Assembly (NCBI GenBank): GCA_028534125.1
Contig: CM052817.1
Span: 6,698,001 to 6,758,000, forward strand
Direction of reading: 5' to 3'
Origin: Lama glama
Lineage: Eukaryota
DNA length: 60,000 nt
How positions within the stretch are numbered: the stretch's first letter is position 1; each line of letters opens with the position of its first letter. Under the pieces are notes generated by a model that was not told the origin of the DNA, searched no databases, and saw only the letters and a list, made by a program, of their open reading frames with translations. The position numbers and the translations under genes were made by a program. Positions 51,671 to 60,000 of the stretch are shown in pieces.

Positions 51671-52168
51671 TATATCAAGGTTTCAGTTCCCGTGCAATCA
51701 GACCCCTACACAAGAATTCAGGTGTGCAGTTGATTTGAAGAGAGAATGGGTAAGTCAGAGAGGGAGGGGAAGGAGGTGCATTAATAAACAGGCAATGGCC
51801 ATGGGCAAATGGGGCTCAGTCTTGCTGGCAGCGCTGTGAGAACCTGAAACCTGGAGCCTGAAGCTTGATGACACTGGGACATTTATCCACTGACTCCTAC
51901 CTTCCATGGATTAAGAGATTTCCCCTGGAGATGTTACCACCTCCCCTCTTCTCTACTTCTTGGTTGCTCCTTTGAGTTTTTTTTTTTTTTTTAGTCACCT
52001 TGGTTACAGAAAAAGCTCTCAGGTTAAAAGCTGCAGACCAGGAGCCATAGATTGCAGGTTCTTGAAGTGTAAAGCTGCCCCTGGGAGGAAAACTCACCTG
52101 CCGCCACAGGCGAGCTCAGGTGAGCTAAGTGATGTGGGGCAGGACATGAACAGCAAGTATTTGTTACA
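51671..52168 (-). mobile_element. LTR16-like ERVL solo LTR
   Basis: cagaccc...caagaattcaggtgtgcag, tgggcaaatggggctcagtc, atttatccactgactcc; same layout as 42220-42676. Confidence 0.7.
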
Positions 52169-52479
52169 ACAGGAAACCGTATTATCACAGATCTGCCCCA
52201 CCGTCTCTGGTGAGCTTTCACTCATAACCTGCAAGAGAAAAACCAAACAAGCTTCTTTCTCTGTGCTTCGCCCAAACCCTCTCACATGGGCTCTTGCTCT
52301 GTCAGACTCTTGCTGAACCCACAGTGAGCTGAGGACCGTTTCAGACTCAGCAGGTCGCCTGACCTTAGCTGCATCACTGCTGTCCAGTGTCATCTCCAAC
52401 AATTCTGCTTTTGTCTCATTTTTTACAGCAGCTGCACTTTCCACTCCACTTGATGTTCTAACCGTATTGAACTGACTCT

Positions 52480-52880
52480 GTTGTCTAAGCGTTCTGTCAT
52501 CTCTAGCCCCTGATCTTTACGTGTGGTTTTCCCTCAGCTTAGAACGCTCTTTCCTTCTCTCCTGCTAACTCCTCCTAACCTTTCAGGTTTCAGCTCAGGC
52601 AGTATTTCCTCCAGGAAGCCTTCTTTGACTGCTCAGGTACAAACTAGGTTTTTCTCCCAGGCACTGTCATAGCTCCCTGTAGCTCTCCTATCATATTGCT
52701 ATCTCTTGGGCTCTGTTTGAGTTGCTCACACACTTACTTGTGTTGCTCAAAATAGATCATGCTTGCACCATGATGGTAGTGGCCCCATCTATCTTATGCA
52801 TCACTGTCACTTCAGCACGTAGGACAGCTTCTGTCCTGTGAAAGCTCAGTAAATGCTTATTAAATGAGTAAATTGAATTC
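52480..52880 (+). mobile_element. L2 3' end
   Basis: tcagctcag...ttcctccaggaagccttct, gctcagtaaatgcttattaaatga. Confidence 0.8.
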
Positions 52881-55329
52881 TCAAGCCCTTAGCCCTATGC
52901 CCAGCTAAAGGCACAGTATTTACTTAGTGAATAAATACAGGAGACATAGAGAGAGGACCCACATTCCTGATGAAAGGAGGTTGGCAGGGGTTCCGGGTGG
53001 AGGTGAGTGGATCAAATATGTAGACACCAGGAGGTAGGGGGCTGTGATGTGTTCAATATATATTTGTTAGACAAGTAAAGAGGTTTGCCAAGGAAACAAT
53101 GAGAGGTTTGATTTTCTAGGTAGGCTGGAAACAAATTATGGAGAGCCTGAAATACTGGGCAGAGGCGTTGGGCTGCGTTTTGTCGAAGAGAGTGAGTCAC
53201 TAGGTAGAGTGGCTACTTGTCTCCAGAACATGGTCCAAACGCATTAGGAGGATGCGATGAGTCCTCCACGAACTGGCACCTGCTTCCCTCTCTGCCTTAC
53301 TTTCTTCCACCTTCCTTGTAGCATTTGCTCGTCAACACCCTTTTCCCACTTGTTAACACCCACACACACACCCACTCTGTGGCCGAGTTTGTACCTCACA
53401 TGTAGTTACTTGAATTGCTTTTTCTCTCTGTGGTGAATATCAGTCCATACAGGTTGACCCTAGAATGAGGTTAGTGAACAAAAAACGACCCTTGGATTCA
53501 AGGGGCATGAAGAAAATGTTAAAAGGTTGGCAAAACAGAAAAGAAACCGCTTATTTTGCATTTGGGAAATCTCTCCTCCAGTGGTGTACGTTTCAGAGCT
53601 CTGTAACACACCCATCAGGCTGCATCACGTGGCATCCCGACCTAACGGCGGAAGGCGCAGGAGGGGCTGGAGGAGCTCTGGCCCAGCCCTCAGAGGACAG
53701 CCCCTGCTGCAAGGCTGTTAGCTGAGCTGGCACGCTCTGTGGAACAGATGAGCTTTTGAAAGATTCAAGTTTGGTTCAAAATTCACAACTCGTGTGTTCC
53801 AAATGGTTCTAAATTTGGCTGAATGCATTTTCCTGAGCCGTGTGCCACCGAGCAAGACTCAGTGACTTCATCGAGTTAGAAAAACAAAGAGTGGTTATTG
53901 CCGCTCAGCAGAAATAAACTTGATGAGGACAAAGGGAGTGCATTGCAAATACCACAGCAGCAGACCCTTAATTTTGTGTATTTTCCACTGAAACAGCTTC
54001 CTCTGGCATCGACAACAAAGCCATTCGCTGAAAGAACACCACCAGTTACGGGCTTACTTACAAGTAAAGAGGCACTATGTGAGCTATCTTTCAGCTTTGT
54101 TGAACAAGCAAATTATACAGTAAATTAAATCACATTTTACTGTTCAGTTGGTGTGGTGCTAATTAAGAAGTGCACTTTGATTCAACCTTGGTTCTCCTGC
54201 GTATTTCATAGCCTCGGTGTTCCAGTGTCAATATGGGATAATTTAGCAGAGGACTCATGTCAGTTCTGTTTCTTTGTTGTGTTTACAAGTTCATTGCCAG
54301 CAGCCCACTCGGAATAGTGTTGGCCTGATACCAAAATGGCAGGCTTTGTTTGGACAAAATCTTCAGCTTCTGGTTAATTATTTAAGTGAATGATGTCTTC
54401 TTCCTTCTTTTTTTTTTTTTTTGTATCTTCCAAGAAACCTAACCAAAGTCTCTACACACACACACACATTGTTGCTAAATCTAAAGGAGTATAAAAAGAC
54501 TGAATTCCTGGAGACAAGTAACTGATCTCCAGGGAAGGAAGCTAGCTAGAATCCTTCTGGCAACAGGGTAGAATGAAGACCTTGGATAGGGTCTTGACCA
54601 ATATTTCAAGCCCCGTGAAACTGAGCACGTTAATTGTTCTGAGGTTCTGTTCCTTAAAGGAGGTTACAGATGTTACATGAAATTATTTACATTCCAAATA
54701 AATTTTCTTTCTCCTCTCTTACCTGAATCTTGCGTTAATAATGATTCTTTGGAGATTTGGAAATATCCCCTTTGAGCGTCCTTCCTCTTCACGGAACAGA
54801 GTCTGTTTCTGAACAGCAGGTGTGGTTCAATTGGTGTTATTATGACAAACAGGAAAAAGGAAAAACTACAGATAACCGTTACCCCAGGATTGTCAGCGTG
54901 AAGCCTAATGACTCCCTTTATGTATACTTTTCAGTGAAAAGGTCACATGGGTCAGCCCGCATCTTGGCATTTCTGACAAATGGGTCAGTGGAGATGGGAG
55001 TGTTAAGTTATTTGAATGGATGTGTGGCAACAGTGCTTGGGGAAAAAAAACTGCTGTGCTGGGATGCTCTTTCACAAAAATAAGACCAAACTGACAAAAC
55101 CCCAGATCCCCGCCGGGTACAGCCACGGCCGCTCGAGCTCGGTAGTCACCCTGATTCTGCCAAGTGTCCCACTTCTGGTGATTGGGAAAGACGTTTAACA
55201 CTATCCTGGCCTTGGTTTTGCAAACCATTTTCCTAGGGGTCAGTGTGTGCTACTTGAATTTTTTTTTTTTAATGAAAACTTTCTCCAATATTCCTGGGTT
55301 TAGTACTAGCTACTGATAAAGGACACCTC

Positions 55330-55403
55330 TTTTATTTTATTATTTTATTTTATTTTATTTTATTTTATTTTATTTTATTTTATTTTATTTTATTTTATTT
55401 TAT
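55330..55403. repeat. (TTTTA)n microsatellite
   Basis: Read directly. Confidence 0.97.
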
Positions 55404-55734
55404 ATTTTGTTATATTGCATCACATTTTTTTCTAAATTCATTTTCAGATCTCAACTTTCCTGAAACTTAGTTTTCTAATTCATAAAAGAAAGGTTTTGAA
55501 CCAGGGTTTCTAATGACCTGCTGTGGCTTGAGAGGCCTAAACTTCTGTGGCAAGAGAAATTTTGTTCAAAGTGTTTAAAAAAAGAAAGAGAGACGACTGG
55601 GTCCACATCTACTTCCACATTTTATGTTTCGCTCCGACGGAATCACCATGGACGTTGAACAAAACATGCCTGTCAAGAGAGAGGGAACGCAGTGAAACTG
55701 TCAACACTTAACATTTCACTGGCCTCAGACATGG

Positions 55735-55747
55735 TGACGTCATGTGA
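55735..55747. promoter_or_regulatory. Full CRE palindrome overlapping an M-box-like E-box
   Basis: TGACGTCA at 55735-55742 and GTCATGTGA at 55739-55747; motif match only. Confidence 0.35.
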
Positions 55748-55849
55748 TTTGCCCTGTGATACTGACTTCATCTTTGTTGCGCATGGCGGGGCGATGGCAT
55801 CACCTTCAAACCTCACACAGTCCTGCAAGGTGTGTATTCGTCAAGATTC

Positions 55850-56582
55850 ACTCCAATAAAAATGCCTTCTAAGTGTCTCAGTTCCATTCACATGACTCCA
55901 TCTCTACCATCCCTTCACAAGTTCAGCAGACAATGGTCTTTTAACTGCTCTGCTGTCATATACTTTGGTCCTTCGCTCATTGATCCAGTACAGCCCGAGG
56001 AACTAACAAACTATAAACTTAGCTGTGCAGCATATTCTCTGTTTAAACCCTGTCCTCTCTTCCCAGTGCTGGAGGATGAGAAGCAAAGCCCCTAGAAATG
56101 GTTCTCAAGGTTGTCGCTCTGACATCTACCCACTCGCTCTGCCAGGCTCGCTCCATACCTCAGGCCCAACACCAGCCACACCGCCTTCCTCCAGACCATC
56201 TGTGCTCTTCTGCTTTCTCCTGCTCCCAGGTCCTTTCCAAATGCTAGCCCTTTGGACCAGAAATCTCCTCTGTCCCTTGTCATTGACCTCATTCCTAGTT
56301 ATGTTTAAGGACTCAGCCCACGCTGCTCTTTGCCTGGGAACCCTTTTGGAACTCTCGCACTGGCTTGGAACCCACTTGTGAAAGGTCTTCAGGAACAGCA
56401 TAGTTTTTAATGTAGCATTTGTCCCACTTGCTTTTTCCTTGTCTGGATAATAACTTAATGGGGCTCATAAGGTCTATGAAGGCAAAACTAAGGTGTAAGG
56501 TTGCTGCCTCCTGTATGTCAGCAGTCAGCTTCACATGCAGGTGAGATGTTCAAGAAGTATCTGTGGAATGAGTGGTGAATGC
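55850..56582 (+). mobile_element. L2 3' region
   Basis: ctgtttaaaccc, ctatgaaggcaaaac, terminal ttcaagaagtatctgtggaatgagtggtgaatg. Confidence 0.7.
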
Positions 56583-57749
56583 ACAAGACATGGTGCATAG
56601 AGAGAGAAGGAATCGCTGCTGTTTGGAGAACTCAGGAAAACTGCCTACTAGCTAGGCTTCTCTTTTCGGTCACTTTCAAGGTCATTTCTGCTTTTAACAC
56701 ACGAGAAGCTTTGACCATCAATAAAGCAGGAACCAGAACTAAAAACCACAGTGAAATACTTCAGGAGAAGCAGAGTTTCCCAAGAATTGCCCTCCTTCTC
56801 ATCTCTTATCTCATAATCAGACACTTGGTGGTTTACACAGAATTTGCCCCTCTGTAATTATTTCTACAGCACACGCACCTCAACGTGGTTGGGCTGTTGA
56901 GAGTTAATTCCAGGGAACTCAGAGTCCTGTAAATTCAATAACCTCATCTGTGACTCCTTGGAGAAGAGAAGAGTGGTTTGACCTTAGCATCAGGAAGTTT
57001 GCTCCATGAAAAAGGAAGTTACTTTGTTTTGTTTTGTTTTGTTTCTACCAGAGCAGGTATTAAAAAGACTGAAAAATCTGAGTTTGCCCAGTTGTGGTTT
57101 GAGGTTTTCTGTGGTTTGGTCTTAAAACATTACAATGTCTTTGTGAACTTTGGAAGCTCTGGATTCTGACTGGCAGACACCGCTCTTCCAACAAGCACAC
57201 ACTCAGCCGTACTGAGCAACATTAACAATGACAAGGAGGAACTTTCATAGCTGGGAAATTCAATATCTGGAACATACAGTTGTTGTTAATAATAGCGAAA
57301 AATAACAAAGTGAGAATAAGGACCCCCGTTTTAAAAATAGAAAAAGTTAGGACCAGGGAGGTGAAAAACAATAACAAAAACAACAAAAAACAACACCTGA
57401 GAGCTGAGAGGCTACCCAGTGAGTACAGGGACAGCCAGAAGGGGAACTCAGGGCTCCCAGCCCCACCAGCTTTTCACCATGGTTGTTGTTCCAGCTCAAG
57501 ATTCCATGTTTTTACTTAGTTTGTTGTTGTTGTTGTTATTTTCCCAAAGTGCATCTCCCCCAAGTCTGATCACAGCAATTTGTACTTTGGGGGAGCTCAA
57601 GGCATTTTTCAAATTCATTTTAAAGATAATCATAGCATTAAACGTAACTGCCATTTAGCAAACACTTACTACATGCTTTAGGTATTTTGCATATGTCATG
57701 TTAGTTACACAGACATTTAGTGGGTACCTATTATGTTCTGGATACTGAG

Positions 57750-58137
57750 CATTATAGACTGCATGACTCTTTCCCTCCCCCCTCACGTCCCCACCCTCAG
57801 CCCACCAAATTCACATGTTGAAGCCCTAGTCCTCAGTGTGATGGTGTTTGGAGGTAGGACTTCTGGAAGTGATTAGATCCTGAGGTGGAGCCCCCATGAA
57901 TGAGATTAGTGCCCTTATAAGAAGAGGCAGTAGAAAGACAATTACTCTCTCTACCATGTGAGGATACAGCAAGAAGTCAGACTTTGCAAACCAGGAAAAG
58001 GACCCTCACCAGGAATCAGATCGGCTGGTACCTTGATCTGGGACTTCTCAGCCTCCAGAACTCTGAGAAATGAACGGCATTGTTTAAGCTACCAGTCCAT
58101 GGTATTTTTGTCATAGCAGCCTGAGCTGACCAAGACA
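57750..58137 (+). mobile_element. MLT1A0-like MaLR solo LTR with 5-bp TSD
   Basis: aaattcacatgttgaagcccta, attagtgcccttataagaagag, cagcctccagaact, agcagcctgagctgaccaagaca; TSD ctgag and ctggg. Confidence 0.93.
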
Positions 58138-58513
58138 CTGGGTTTGCATAATGAACATGGCACAGCGGGTTCATGCAAAGGTTTTAAAGGGTGCTAGTGA
58201 GCAGATGTTCGGGTCTTATTCCTACCACAAGTCAGTGATATGTTTCTTACCGCTCCTCACCTTTGCTCACAATGGAACTGAGGCTCAGGGAGGTAGAACA
58301 CACGGAATCAGCATCCATAGGAAGATGTGACTGATCTGAAGTTTCAGTTCACACTTTTCTGACTCCAAAGCTCTTCTGTGTCAGGCTGCCTTATCTGGTC
58401 ATGAATTTATCCACGTATTTGAACTTTATGCCAGCCAAAGCCTGCAGAAATAAATGTTACATGGATTTTGTCCTTGCATCTCAGTTAATTTGATGAAAGT
58501 AGGGTAACTGAGA

Positions 58514-58612
58514 AGGGTAATCAACATCCCAATTTTTATGGGTCTGAGGGTTTTCCTGGGACATGAAAACCATGTGCTAAAACCAGGAAAGTCCCAGGCA
58601 ATCTAGGACAGC
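58514..58612. mobile_element. MER81-like hAT-Blackjack
   Basis: agggtaatcaac...ctgagggttttcctgggacat...gtgctaaaaccaggaaagtcccaggcaa. Confidence 0.75.
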
Positions 58613-59409
58613 AAACAATTAGGAGAACAAAGAGAAAAGAGGGAATTAGAAAGATCTAAGTGCTCCAGACCAGAAGGGACCTGGTGTGCATTGTAACAGC
58701 ACGCCATAAAATCAGTTTCATCCTGAAGGGCAAAAGAAGGCTTTTCAATATTATCAGTGGTATATCCATAAGTGAGCATTCATCAGACTCCAAAAAGAAA
58801 CGTGTTTCTTCCTCATGGGAAAATTCTAATTTATTGCCAGGTGTGCTATTAACAGCACCAGAGGAAGAACTTCCCTTCCTTATTTCAACTTTGAGGCGTA
58901 GGACTGCAGAGATGAATGGAGTGCGTCATCCTTGTTTCTGTGTCATTGTGAGGACAGACTGAAGGGGGAAGACTAGAGATGAACAAGTGAGAGGAGAGCT
59001 GGTGGATAATAATATTTCAAGGTTTTTAAGTGGAACTGCAACTATTCCTCCTTCAACCTACATCGCTTTCTTAAATGCTATGGGCTTAGTGCTGCGAATA
59101 CAGCATGAAGATGTACCCTGGTCTCGAGTGCAGACCAGCGAACATACTAGGATGTAATGAATAATTACCAAATAGAGTGGTAGGTGCTAAAAGAGAATCA
59201 GCGTTCACGGAGTGCCTACCGTATATGCAGCTCTGCATGTCACACAGTACACAGCCTCACACTGATCCTCAGGGGACTGACATTAGCTGGGAAGCAACTT
59301 CTCTCGATTTTCTTGTATAAACCAGAGAAAGACACAAATGGCATGCAGCCGTAAGTAGTGAGAAGATCAAGGCCCAGGACTTGTGTGTGAAACCCGTATA
59401 CATTGCCCT

Positions 59410-59462
59410 GCATGTGTATCCGTGTGCATGTGTGTGTTTGTGTGCGTGTGTGTGTGTGTGTG
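59410..59462. repeat. Imperfect (TG)n microsatellite
   Basis: Read directly. Confidence 0.9.
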
Positions 59463-59702
59463 TTTTCCATTGGAAGTATCAGGAAAATACCACTCACACC
59501 GGCCTGCCCACTAAGGGTGTAAATCATTTCCTACAGGACGCCTAGAAGTTGGGAAGATTCCGGGCTTGGAAGGTCAGGACCCCCCCAGGATTCTCTTGGG
59601 TTTCAGCTTCCTCATCTGTCTGCCTGATGCTCAGGTTTGCTCTCGTGGTTACAAGACAGCCGCCCGTTTCTATTCTTCTCCAGGAAGAGGTGAAAGGCTT
59701 CG

Positions 59703-60000
59703 GTCTGTTTTCTAAGCCGCCATAACAAATTACCACAAGCTAAGCGGTACTTAATTTAAAAAAGAAACAGAAATATATTGTCTCACAGTTCTGGAGGGTA
59801 GAAGTTTGAAATCAAGGTGTCAGTGGGACCTGCTCCCTCTGAAATTTGTAGGACAGTCCTTCCTTGCATCTTCCATTCTTGGGTTTTCCAGAAATCTTTG
59901 GCCTTCTGTGATCTACAGCCACATGACTCCAATATCCGCCTTCACTGTCGCGTGGTGATCGCCCTCTGAGTCTCTGTTTCTTCACAAGTCTTTCTTCTAA
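59703..60000 (-). mobile_element. MLT1C-like MaLR LTR, cut by the window end
   Basis: gccataacaaattaccacaa...tctcacagttctggagg...gaaatcaaggtgtca...gctccctctgaa. Confidence 0.88.

Noticed and set aside
55690..55721. Hairpin as a possible pre-miRNA
   Set aside because: A stem of about 14 bp is too short and matches no miRNA I recognise.

Overview
This is placental-mammal genomic DNA, intergenic or deep intronic. I recognise no protein-coding gene, RNA gene or CRISPR array, and the supplied ORFs are short, repeat-derived or run through an N gap. Much of the window is transposable-element debris: MIR, L2, L1M, MaLR/ERVL/ERV1-like LTRs and hAT MER elements. It also holds several younger artiodactyl-type L1 3' ends. 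These L1 ends, plus the absence of Alu, Bov-tA/Bov-A2, PRE-1, CHR or CAN SINEs, suggest a camelid (inference). A 500-N scaffold gap lies at 11850-12349. The most notable signals are narrow patches where old repeats carry almost only A/T-to-G/C changes (candidate GC-biased gene conversion), three L1 insertions with twin-priming inversions, an L1 copy with a premature 3' end and target-like junction filler, nested insertions, and a few unique stretches with regulatory-motif or exon-like features. I found no evidence of a new biological system. Repeat family names are recognised from memory of consensus sequences and boundaries are approximate.
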